From Candidatus Melainabacteria bacterium (GTDB lineage Bacteria; Cyanobacteriota; Vampirovibrionia; Vampirovibrionales; JAJTHC01): a stretch of DNA of 64,000 nucleotides. A program made the position numbers and the translations under genes. Location: NCBI GenBank assembly GCA_033763415.1, contig JANRKP010000007.1, positions 9,046 to 73,045 of the forward strand, read 5' to 3'. A model generated the notes under the pieces. That model saw only the letters and a list, made by a program, of their open reading frames with translations, was not told where the DNA came from and did not search any database. Below, piece by piece: positions 28,703-37,701 of this stretch; position 1 is the stretch's first letter; every line of letters begins with the position of its first letter.

Positions 28703-29650
28703 ATGTTTTTAATCATTGGCGGCAGCAACAGCCTAACCAACCGACTCTACGCCAAGCTGCGCGCACGCGGGCACCGAAGCTGCTTTTGGCCCTCGGACAG
28801 TTTTCCCCTGGAATCCTGGGTCGCGCTGGAAACCGGCCCCCCCCCCAAAGGACGGTTCTGGCTACCTGGTATTGGGCAACAAAGCCTCTCTCTGCAAGAA
28901 ATTGAGGGTGTTTATTGGTGGTTTTATGAAGGTCCGGCATTACTGAAAGCCCCACCTGTCGAAGGAGAAACCCCGGAGCAGGCCGCTCGACGCCAGCGCC
29001 AGGAGTTGGATGCCTGCCTGCTGACAGCCTATCACTTGATGGATTGCCCCTGGATTAACCCGCCAGGCAGCGTCCTAAACCACCGTTACAAGGTAGAGCA
29101 GCTCACCGAGGCGACCGCGTTGGGGTTCACCATTCCAGATAGCCTGATGAGCAACGATCCTCAAGCAATTGCAGCCTTTTACCAGGATTGCCAGGGCGAA
29201 GTGGTTGTAAAAAGTGTGGCCACCACTGGGGTGCCCAGCCGGTTAACCCAAGCACAACTAAGCCAATGGCAGAAAAATGGCGAAAGTAAGCCTGCCACCC
29301 GGCTGTTTCAGCGGTTTATACCCGGCACCGATGTGCGGGTACACGTGGTGGGCCAGCGCCTGTTTGCGTCTGAGGTATTAAGCGATCATTGGGTGTCCAA
29401 GGTCGATCTCAAAGATCCGCAACCTGTTTCCATTCCCGATGCGCTGGCGCAGCAATGCCTTACATTGTGCGAAAAACTCAATCTGGTACTGGCCGGGATT
29501 GACTTTAGGAAAACATCGGACGGGGAATACGTTTTTTTGGAAGCCAACCCCAGCCCACAGTACCCCGCCTACGAAGACCGAAACCACTACCCGATTAGTG
29601 ACGCCATTGTAGAGGCCTTGATCCGTGGCGTGGGGGCAAAACACCGATGA
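28703..29650 (+). CDS. ATP-grasp ligase, RiPP-modifying (MdnB/MdnC-like graspetide maturase), paralog 1.
   Basis: Pre-ATP-grasp N-terminus MFLIIGGSN... ATP-grasp motifs: VVKSVATTG (Lys), IDFRKTSDGEYVFLEANPSPQY (E-x-N Mg site). ~315 aa. Stop overlaps the next start (ATGA). Confidence 0.85.
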   Translation: MFLIIGGSNSLTNRLYAKLRARGHRSCFWPSDSFPLESWVALETGPPPKGRFWLPGIGQQSLSLQEIEGVYWWFYEGPALLKAPPVEGETPEQAARRQRQELDACLLTAYHLMDCPWINPPGSVLNHRYKVEQLTEATALGFTIPDSLMSNDPQAIAAFYQDCQGEVVVKSVATTGVPSRLTQAQLSQWQKNGESKPATRLFQRFIPGTDVRVHVVGQRLFASEVLSDHWVSKVDLKDPQPVSIPDALAQQCLTLCEKLNLVLAGIDFRKTSDGEYVFLEANPSPQYPAYEDRNHYPISDAIVEALIRGVGAKHR

Positions 29651-30591
29651 TTTTGATTATAGGCCACCGAGACGAACACACCCAGCGCGTGGAAGCCCAC
29701 CTGGAAACCCTGGGCCAGCGCGTCATCTACTGGAACACACAAAGTTTTCCGGCGGAAGCCAGCCTTAGCCTGCACCTGGGAGATTTTTCCCAATCCTGTT
29801 TGGAACTGCACCAGGAGCGGTTGTTTCTTTCAGATATTGAGGGCGTTTACTGGTACCACTACCACGGCGTGCGCCCAGGCAGCCGAACAACAGACCCGGA
29901 GGCAGACGTTTCTCTGCTCAATCTGTTTCGCAGTTGGCAAACAAACTGGGTCAACCCGCCCGCATCCGTTATGCGCCACAGACTGAAAATCTATCAGCTA
30001 CAACAGGTCGCACAGCTTGGTATTCGGACTCCACACACGCTGGTGAGTAACGATATTGGCAGCCTGCAATCCTTTTGCGAACAAATGGGCGGCACCATTA
30101 TTTCTAAAAACTACACGGGCATTGGCATTCCGCAAAAACTGACCAGCGCCTCACTGGCCAGTAACCTTCAGGCCGATTCATCTCAGCGCAGCATGATGCC
30201 TGCCATTTTTCAGGAATACATCCAAGGGCTGGATATCCGCATCCACGCGATAGGAGACGCCCTGTTCGCCACGGAACTGCACACGCAGGACTGGACGTTT
30301 GTGCTGGATCGCCAGGTGGAACTGCGCGCCACCAGCGTGCCAGACGATTTGGCCGAACAGTGCCAGCGGATTATACAACGGTTGGGACTGGTTTTTTCCG
30401 GGTTAGATTTTAGACGAACCCAAACAGGAGAGTACGTTTTTATTGAAGCCAACCCCAGCCCGCAATTTGGCGCCTACGAAGCGGCCTGCCACTACCCCAT
30501 TAGCGAACACGTGGCCAAACGGCTCTGTGGCAAGCACCCCAACTACCCAACCGGCCCATCCCGGCCCGGAACGGAGGGACACACGGCATGA
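29647..30591 (+). CDS. ATP-grasp ligase, RiPP-modifying (MdnB/MdnC-like), paralog 2.
   Basis: Paralogous to 28703..29650 (WVNPPASVMRHRLKIYQL vs WINPPGSVLNHRYKVEQL; LDFRRTQTGEYVFIEANPSPQF). ATGA-type overlap with both neighbours. Confidence 0.85.
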   Translation: MILIIGHRDEHTQRVEAHLETLGQRVIYWNTQSFPAEASLSLHLGDFSQSCLELHQERLFLSDIEGVYWYHYHGVRPGSRTTDPEADVSLLNLFRSWQTNWVNPPASVMRHRLKIYQLQQVAQLGIRTPHTLVSNDIGSLQSFCEQMGGTIISKNYTGIGIPQKLTSASLASNLQADSSQRSMMPAIFQEYIQGLDIRIHAIGDALFATELHTQDWTFVLDRQVELRATSVPDDLAEQCQRIIQRLGLVFSGLDFRRTQTGEYVFIEANPSPQFGAYEAACHYPISEHVAKRLCGKHPNYPTGPSRPGTEGHTA

Positions 30592-31511
30592 CCATTCTCA
30601 TTGTGGGCAAAGAAGAAGATCTCACCTCCATTGTGATCAAGGAAAAAGTCGCCTATCGCGGCATTCCCGCCTATTACCTGGATACCCGGCAGTTTCCGTA
30701 CAAAACCCGACTGAGCTTCAACATCGAATCGCCCACGGAAGGCGTTTTTCAGGAGGCGCCCCATCAGCCCGTGGTTCCTCTGGGCGACATTCGCGGCGTG
30801 TTTCGTCGCTGGTCCGACGGCGTGGTGGTTCCAGCAGACGAGACCGACCCCTTGCGGCGACGCCTGGTGCAACGAAACCTGGAATCGGCCATCAACACGT
30901 TTTTCAACCTGCTGGATTGCCAATGGGTCAATACCGCCGAGGCCACGGACCGACACCGGCAAAAAGGCGTGCTGCTGAAAGAACTGAAACAGGCTGGCAT
31001 CCGTGTTCCAGAAACCCTGATTTCCAACCACCCTGAGGAGGTCAAAGCGTTTTACGAACAACTCAACGGCCAGGCCATTTTCAAACCCGTATTCAGTTGG
31101 GCCAGCACCGAGGCGCTGATGCCTGAACACCTGACAGACGAATCCCTGGCGCGGCTGAGCAATATGCCCATTACCGTTCAGGAGCTGATTAACGGAACAG
31201 ACTTACGCATTTACGTGGTGGGCCAAGAGGTGTTCGCCATGGAAATTCGCAGCGAAACGCTGGATTTTAGAGACGATCCGGGCGCCACGCGAGTTGCAAT
31301 AAAGCTTCCAATGGATATTGAAGCCCGCTGCATCGAGATTACCCGTCGGCTGGGCCTGGTGTTTTGCGGTATCGATATGCGCAGAACACCAGACGGCGAG
31401 TACGTGTTTTTCGAAGGCAATCCCACACCCGTTTTTCTGATGGATGAAGACATGACCGGCTACCCCATCGGGGATCGCATCGTGGATTTGCTCACCCAAG
31501 GCGAGCGTTAA
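30588..31511 (+). CDS. ATP-grasp ligase, RiPP-modifying, paralog 3 (more divergent).
   Basis: Same architecture (MTILIVGKEED... IFKPVFSWAST ... IDMRRTPDGEYVFFEGNPTPVF) but lower similarity to paralogs 1 and 2. Confidence 0.85.
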   Translation: MTILIVGKEEDLTSIVIKEKVAYRGIPAYYLDTRQFPYKTRLSFNIESPTEGVFQEAPHQPVVPLGDIRGVFRRWSDGVVVPADETDPLRRRLVQRNLESAINTFFNLLDCQWVNTAEATDRHRQKGVLLKELKQAGIRVPETLISNHPEEVKAFYEQLNGQAIFKPVFSWASTEALMPEHLTDESLARLSNMPITVQELINGTDLRIYVVGQEVFAMEIRSETLDFRDDPGATRVAIKLPMDIEARCIEITRRLGLVFCGIDMRRTPDGEYVFFEGNPTPVFLMDEDMTGYPIGDRIVDLLTQGER

Positions 31512-31592
31512 AAAACAGGGGAAGCCTCCAACAAAGCCAAACCGGCCATCTTGAGCAGACAGCCGGTCCAGCAAAGAAAAATAAGGCAGAGG

Positions 31593-32588
31593 TTACACCA
31601 CAAACGAGGCCAGGGCAGAGGTTAAGTCTGTCGTGGGTTTCATTTGATCGTCGTGGTATGGAATTTCTACCGGTGAGTGCTCCCGCAACGGGGGCAGGTT
31701 TTGCTTCAGCAACTCATCGTACGTTGGCAAGCCCACCTGGAAGTAGACGCCCAAGGGCACCCGCTCTTCCACTTCGTAGGCTTTTTGCAACGCCTGCTGA
31801 CGTTTCTGGCTGACTTCCGCCGGGTCGGTGGGGTTTTCCACCACGCCGTTATAGCCGGTGTCTTCCAGGTAGTAGGTTCTTGGGTATTCCACGCCTTCAA
31901 AGGAAACCACACCGGAATAGTAGTCCTTGGTATGGAGGTCGTTATAGGTGGGGCAAGGCTGGAACACATCCACAAGCGCCATACCGCGGTGCTCGATGGC
32001 TTTCATCAGGGTTTCTTTCAGATGTTTGCCATCAAACGCGTAGCTACGGGCAATAAACGTGTAACCACAGGATACCGCAACGGCCAACGGGTTGATTGCC
32101 TGGCTAATGTTAGGCAGCGGCAGCGATTTTGGCTGAGCCCCCAGCGCCAACGTCGGGGCAGCCTGCCCCTTGGTTAGGCCGTACACCTCATTGTTGAACA
32201 CAATGTAGGTCATATCCACGTTGCGGCGGCCCGCATGCAGAAAGTGACCCGCACCGATGCCGTAACCATCACCATCGCCACCGGCGGCAACCACCACCAG
32301 GTTTGGGTTGGTTAGTTTGGCACCCAACGCGTAGGGCAGCACACGGCCATGGAGCGTATGAATGCCATACGTGTTCACCGCTTGCGACGCCTTACCCGAG
32401 CAACCGACCCCGGTGAAAAAGGCCACTTCCCAGGGAGGCAAACCCAATTCGGCAATGGCTTGCTGAAGGGCGCCATTGATACCAAAGTCGCCGCAACCAG
32501 GACACCATTCCGGGCTGTAGTCGCCCTTTAACTGAGAAAACTTGTAGCTGCCCTTGTACCGGGCTTTCTCTTGCAGATTAGTGACCAC
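31593..32588 (-). CDS. korB: 2-oxoacid:ferredoxin oxidoreductase beta subunit (TPP-binding; KorB/OorB-like).
   Basis: N-terminal ...YSPEWCPGCGDFGI... and the TPP-binding GDGDG motif (VVVAAGGDGDGYGIGAGH). Overlaps the upstream alpha-subunit gene by 11 nt. Confidence 0.85.
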   Translation of the reverse strand: MVTNLQEKARYKGSYKFSQLKGDYSPEWCPGCGDFGINGALQQAIAELGLPPWEVAFFTGVGCSGKASQAVNTYGIHTLHGRVLPYALGAKLTNPNLVVVAAGGDGDGYGIGAGHFLHAGRRNVDMTYIVFNNEVYGLTKGQAAPTLALGAQPKSLPLPNISQAINPLAVAVSCGYTFIARSYAFDGKHLKETLMKAIEHRGMALVDVFQPCPTYNDLHTKDYYSGVVSFEGVEYPRTYYLEDTGYNGVVENPTDPAEVSQKRQQALQKAYEVEERVPLGVYFQVGLPTYDELLKQNLPPLREHSPVEIPYHDDQMKPTTDLTSALASFVV

Positions 32589-34422
32589 AGGTCAGCACCA
32601 CCTTTCTGGACGCTTTTTCAGCAACTTCTTTCACTGCGGCTACCACTTCGGTCTCAGAAATGGGACGACCCGTCCACTTGAGCACCTGGTGTTGGATATC
32701 AAAGCCGGTGCGCAGGCGAATGAGCTGTGCCAACTGACCGCTGTAGTTGGATTCAATGGACAGAACCGTCTTGGCCTGACGCAAGATATCCAGTACGGCC
32801 TCAGAAGGGAATGGACTCATCATGCGAATTTGCAGGAAGTTCACCTTCATGCCGTGCTCTTTCTCAAGCACTTTCAGCGCATCGATCACAGCGCCCTTGG
32901 TGGAGCCCCAGGCCACAATCGTGACATCGGCCTGGCTGGGACCATAGAAGTTGTACTGGCGATCCACCGGAATTTCCTGGGAGGCCAAATCCAGCTTCTT
33001 CATCCGCTTTTCCATCATCTGGAGACGGATTTCAGGCTTTTCGGTAATGTGACCCAGCGGATCGTGCTCATCACCCGTCAGCCAGTGTACCCGGCCCGGC
33101 TCTCCCAGCAAGGGGCGCGGAGAAATACCGGATTCCGTGATTTTAAACCGCTCGTATAGCTGCATGCCCGTCTTCACATCATCTGGATTGAAGTCGGGAG
33201 AAGGACCACACAGCTCGCCGCGATCCACCCGCAGGCTGGCCTCATCAAACTGCGCAATCGATTGGGTGGAGTTGGCCAAGGCTTTATCCACCAGCACAAT
33301 TACCGGCGTTTGGTAGCGCTCCGCGTAGTTAAAGCTGTAGAACGCGTCCTCAAAACACTCGTGCATATCGCCAGGGGCAATCACAATTTTCGGAAAGTCC
33401 CCGTGGCCCGTGTGCAGCGCAAACAACAAGTCACCCTGTTCGTTGCGGGTGGGCAAGCCCGTAGAAGGACCGCCGCGTTGGTAATTGAAGACCACGGTTG
33501 GCACTTCGTTAATGCCTGCCCAGCCAATGCCTTCTGCCATTAAGGAGAAACCAGGCCCAGAGGTTGCGGTTGAGGAGCGGGCTCCGGTCAGCACGGCGCC
33601 ATTGGTCATGTTAATGGCAGCCAGTTCATCTTCTGCCTGATACACAACAATGCCGTACTCCGGGTGCTCTTCCAGGTAGATGCATTCATCCACGGCTGGG
33701 GTAATGGAGTAATAGGTTTGAAAACGGCAACCCGCTTTCAGTTTACCCACCCCGCAGGCCGCCGCGCCATTCATGAGCAAACGCGAGCCTTTTTCAGGCT
33801 TGTTAGAAACTTCCACCAGCTTGAAGCCGTAGTCCTCAAAGCCATCGAGGCGAGAAACGCACTCGTAGGCCTGACGGGCAGCCAATACGTTGATTGGAAT
33901 GGCCTTGGCCCGACGACCACTAAACAGCTCCAATATGGCGGTTTCCACCGCTTCAAACGGAACACCCTGAAGTGCCGCCGCCGCCACCGAAATGGTGTTT
34001 TTGGTAATGGCCAGCTTGACCATATTTTGGCCGGTTTGATCCGCCATGTTTTTGATCAAATCGTCGTAGGGAATGGGAAAACGCTTGACCGACGATTCCA
34101 TTTCCAACGCATCGGGATCTACCGTGTTGGGGTCGTACAGCAAAGCGCCGCCAGGCACCAACTCGTGGGCATGAATTTGCGCCGTGGTTTTTTCAAACGT
34201 GGCCAGCAGATGAATGGGATCGATAAACGAATGGACCGGCTCGGTATTGACCCGAATTTGAAAGTAGCTGTGCTTGCCCTTGATGTTGGAATGGTATTCC
34301 CGTTTTCCATACACCCAGTAGCCTGCAACCGCCATTGTACGAGCATAGAGGGTTGCGGAAGAATCCACCCCACTGCCCTGTGGCCCGCCAATCATCCAGC
34401 AGACATCGGTTTTTCTACTCAT
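32578..34422 (-). CDS. korA: 2-oxoacid:ferredoxin oxidoreductase alpha subunit (fused gamma-alpha; KorA/OorA-like).
   Basis: N-terminal gamma-like domain (MIGGPQGSGVDSSATLYARTMA) followed by the alpha catalytic domain. 614 aa. Confidence 0.85.
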   Translation of the reverse strand: MSRKTDVCWMIGGPQGSGVDSSATLYARTMAVAGYWVYGKREYHSNIKGKHSYFQIRVNTEPVHSFIDPIHLLATFEKTTAQIHAHELVPGGALLYDPNTVDPDALEMESSVKRFPIPYDDLIKNMADQTGQNMVKLAITKNTISVAAAALQGVPFEAVETAILELFSGRRAKAIPINVLAARQAYECVSRLDGFEDYGFKLVEVSNKPEKGSRLLMNGAAACGVGKLKAGCRFQTYYSITPAVDECIYLEEHPEYGIVVYQAEDELAAINMTNGAVLTGARSSTATSGPGFSLMAEGIGWAGINEVPTVVFNYQRGGPSTGLPTRNEQGDLLFALHTGHGDFPKIVIAPGDMHECFEDAFYSFNYAERYQTPVIVLVDKALANSTQSIAQFDEASLRVDRGELCGPSPDFNPDDVKTGMQLYERFKITESGISPRPLLGEPGRVHWLTGDEHDPLGHITEKPEIRLQMMEKRMKKLDLASQEIPVDRQYNFYGPSQADVTIVAWGSTKGAVIDALKVLEKEHGMKVNFLQIRMMSPFPSEAVLDILRQAKTVLSIESNYSGQLAQLIRLRTGFDIQHQVLKWTGRPISETEVVAAVKEVAEKASRKVVLTCGH

Positions 34423-34638
34423 GGTTCGTCGTCTTTCCTATGGGTTACGTTCATTCACCACACGGTTGTTGGGAACTGTGGAGAACGTCTTCAGGCGCGC
34501 TCATGACAAACGGTGCTTGCGACAGAAGCGATGAAATCCTAGCACAAAGTTACAACAACCGGCAGCATTGTTGCCCTCGGCTGCATTTTTTTACAAAAAG
34601 ACGCCTCACTGGTTGAGAAATCGCAATAAGCTTGCCAC

Positions 34639-36063
34639 TTAAGCACCCACCGCCGCGTCCTCAAAAACCTCAATCAGCACCATACTCATATCATCTTGTA
34701 GCGGGTAGCCCTGCGTGTAGTCGGAAAGCTGCTGAATCAAGGCGTCTAAAATACGGGGTTCGCCCGAATCGACCACCCGTTTGAACAACTGCTCCAACGC
34801 CGGTTCGTCGTAAATTTGCCCCAGTGGGTTTTTAATCTCCGAAATGCCATCGGTAAAAATGAGAACCTTATCGCCTGGCTCCAGGTACAGCTCCCCCATG
34901 GGGTAGTCCATATCCGGAATCCACACCAGCGGCGTGCCATTTTCAGCCAAGCGCTCCAGGGCGCCGCTACGCGGGCGGTACAAAATAGGGTACGGATGCC
35001 CTGCGCCACTGTATTCCAGGCGAGTACCACCATCGGTTAGACGCCCATAGAAGCTGGTGACATAATCGCCCGTTTTAATAATGCTGGCCAACTCGTTATT
35101 CAGGTGGTAGAGCATCTGATCCGGTCGGTCATAGGTAAGCGCAATCCGGTAAAACGAAGACTTGTAGATGGCCGTAATAAAGGCCGCCGGTACGCCGTGG
35201 CCAGACACATCCGCTACGGAAATGCCAATGGTTCCATCGTTAAACGGCACAATGTCGTACAAATCGCCCCCCAGAGAGTCGCAGGGCAGATACATGCCGG
35301 TAATCCGCATGCGATGGTCCAGATAATGCGTTTTGGTAAACTGTGGCGGGGCGCTCAGGTCGTTTTGTCCTTCTGCCTGGGCGGCAGCCAGCACAGGATC
35401 CGCAATAAAAGTGGGCAGCAAGCTCTGCTGCAACTGTCTGGCAACGTACAGTTCCTTTTCCACCTGTCGGTTTCGCTCGTAAAGTTCGTTGTTTAAATCC
35501 GTCATTTGCGAAGCCAGTTGCTCGGACTGGTACAACGCTTGTTTTTGACGAATATTCCACTGAAGACGCGTTAGAATGACGTGTTGATAGTCGTAGTTGT
35601 CTGGCAGCAGTATAAAATCGTCCACGCCTGCGGCATACAGCCGGTCCGGCAGGCCTTTGGTAACATCAAACGTGGCCATTTCCACCAAAATTAAAGAACA
35701 GTGGCTTTCCTGGCACCAGCGCTTCAGTTGCGACGAATACGCCGGGTTGGCAATTAAAAAATCCAGGTGCGACGAGCCCAGCAGCACCGCCTCGGCCATT
35801 TGCTGTTGAGACCACTCTGTCAGGGCCTCTAAACTCGGCAAAGTTAATAACGTTTGCCCTTGGGCTTCCAACGCCGTTTGGAGCACCGCGTGCCAACTGC
35901 CCAACCTGTTTCCCAATACCACCATAGGCAGGGTCGCTGAGGCCCCTTGCTCAAACAGGTTAAACAACCCAGACATCTCTGTCGGCAAGGATGCTTCATT
36001 CAGGCTAGGCATTTGCGTCAGCGAGATTGAAGTGGAAACCGTTTCCGTGGGAATGCCATCCAT
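34639..36063 (-). CDS. Response-regulator receiver domain fused to a PP2C/SpoIIE-type serine phosphatase (RsbU-like).
   Basis: C-terminal PPM motifs GGDLYDIVPFNDGTIGISVADVSGHGVPAAF ... FTDGISE. N-terminal ~120 aa is receiver-like. Central coiled-coil. Confidence 0.8.
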   Translation of the reverse strand: MDGIPTETVSTSISLTQMPSLNEASLPTEMSGLFNLFEQGASATLPMVVLGNRLGSWHAVLQTALEAQGQTLLTLPSLEALTEWSQQQMAEAVLLGSSHLDFLIANPAYSSQLKRWCQESHCSLILVEMATFDVTKGLPDRLYAAGVDDFILLPDNYDYQHVILTRLQWNIRQKQALYQSEQLASQMTDLNNELYERNRQVEKELYVARQLQQSLLPTFIADPVLAAAQAEGQNDLSAPPQFTKTHYLDHRMRITGMYLPCDSLGGDLYDIVPFNDGTIGISVADVSGHGVPAAFITAIYKSSFYRIALTYDRPDQMLYHLNNELASIIKTGDYVTSFYGRLTDGGTRLEYSGAGHPYPILYRPRSGALERLAENGTPLVWIPDMDYPMGELYLEPGDKVLIFTDGISEIKNPLGQIYDEPALEQLFKRVVDSGEPRILDALIQQLSDYTQGYPLQDDMSMVLIEVFEDAAVGA

Positions 36064-36639
36064 GGGATTACTTCAATCCTCAACATCAGTCTGGTATTGG
36101 GTGAAAACGCGGGGTTACTTGTGCAGCTTCGGCAAAGGTTCCGCAAAATTGAATATGGTCAAATCCCTTGTCGGGTATTCATTAAACTTTTGGGTTGGAT
36201 TTGATCCGGCATTTAACCGCCAAAAGCCCCCTAACAAGCACACAGCAAGCTTTATTATACGGTAGTTTACACCAGGGCTTTAAAAGCGGTATACAAAAAT
36301 TACAACAGATGAAGGAGCCCAATAAACGCTCCTTTTTTTATGATAAAGCCGATATCTGTGCTGATTTGAAAAACAGGCTAAAAGCCACCCGTCCAAACAC
36401 CCAACAGCAACAACACCCGTGGGAAATATTTATAGAACCTGTAGATTTTTCAGGGAGCGCTATCGTTAGGAACGCCCGATATCTAGGAACGCCTGATATT
36501 TTTTAAATATTTTTTTTCCAGAATGCAATGGCAAGCACTCCATTTTTAAATTTTAAAGAAAGAGAAAAAGAAAGAGATTCATTTCCTGCAAGCACCCATT
36601 GAACACCAAGTAGAGAAAAGAGAGAGGAAGTTAGGGTTT

Positions 36640-37074
36640 ATGGCAACCGTCCGCGCAAAGTATCAACAACTGATGCAAAGCAAAAATCCAACAGCGGAAG
36701 ACGCCGATGCACTGCCACCGGAGGACGAACATTTGGAAAATTGGGCAGGCGAATCACTCTCTCCAGAGGACACGCCAGAGGACACGGCCAGCCACGGGTT
36801 ACTCAGCCGCTATGGCGTTAGCAAGCCCAACTGGCACAACCGCATCAGCCCGCAGGAAAAAGACAACGTCTCGCATTCCATTACCCAAACCTGGACGGAC
36901 CAGGCCATTAAATGCTACCTGACTGAGGCAGATTGCGCCAACTGCTCCATTCCTCGCGGAAACTATTCCTTTGTGTGCCAAATGAACAAAGTGGTGCCCG
37001 TGCTGCTGGAGCAAATTGGCGAGCCCGATGCGGAGCGTGTACGCAAGTGCCTGCCCTACTTAAGCCAATACTAG
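36640..37074 (+). CDS. Hypothetical protein (144 aa): acidic N-terminus, Cys-containing C-terminal region.
   Basis: ORF only. Cys pattern C-x7-C-x2-C ... C-x15-C. Preceded by a tandem 17-nt direct repeat. Confidence 0.4.
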   Translation: MATVRAKYQQLMQSKNPTAEDADALPPEDEHLENWAGESLSPEDTPEDTASHGLLSRYGVSKPNWHNRISPQEKDNVSHSITQTWTDQAIKCYLTEADCANCSIPRGNYSFVCQMNKVVPVLLEQIGEPDAERVRKCLPYLSQY

Positions 37075-37701
37075 GCCGTGCAGACCTTACAATGTTTTCG
37101 CGAAGCTTTTGTAGGCGTGAGGCACACAGCCAGAGACACGCTCTTGGAATGCACCCGAGGGAAATGCCCGAGGTGGTACTGCATTGATTTACCTAGCATC
37201 ACGTAACTGAACAATTAAAAAATAAAATTGAGAACCTAACATAGCCTGGGATCAACATTCCAGGCTATTTGTATTGGCGGCCATGCGTGGCCAGGTCAAA
37301 TATCCTCCCGATGTTGAATAGAATCCTGAATTCAAATCGTGGTATAAAGAAAAAGAGCCAGTCAATAGCACACCAACCTTTTCGTAAAAAAATCAGCAAA
37401 ATAAATAAAGGCCTGCCTCAGTTTACGCCAAACGCCCATCCATTAAGCACAGCCAAAACAAACACAATAACCACCCCAACAATAATTTTCAAAAAAAGGA
37501 CAAAATAAAACCGGACTGTCTCACCAGAGTCCGGCCAATCGAAGGGGTATAAAGTGATAGGTTGATTATATCATCGGGTGGTAATTTAAACAAAGCGCTT
37601 TTAAGGAAAACATCCACTCTTTGAAGGAGTGGATGCCGATTTATTTCCATTGCCAACCCGATGCAACGCAGGCGCTTTTCGCCAGAAAACCCAGGTTGGG
37701 T

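Noticed and set aside
33664-34506. 280-aa plus-strand ORF inside korA
   Set aside because: Antisense shadow ORF. The sense strand encodes a clear 2-oxoacid:ferredoxin oxidoreductase alpha subunit.
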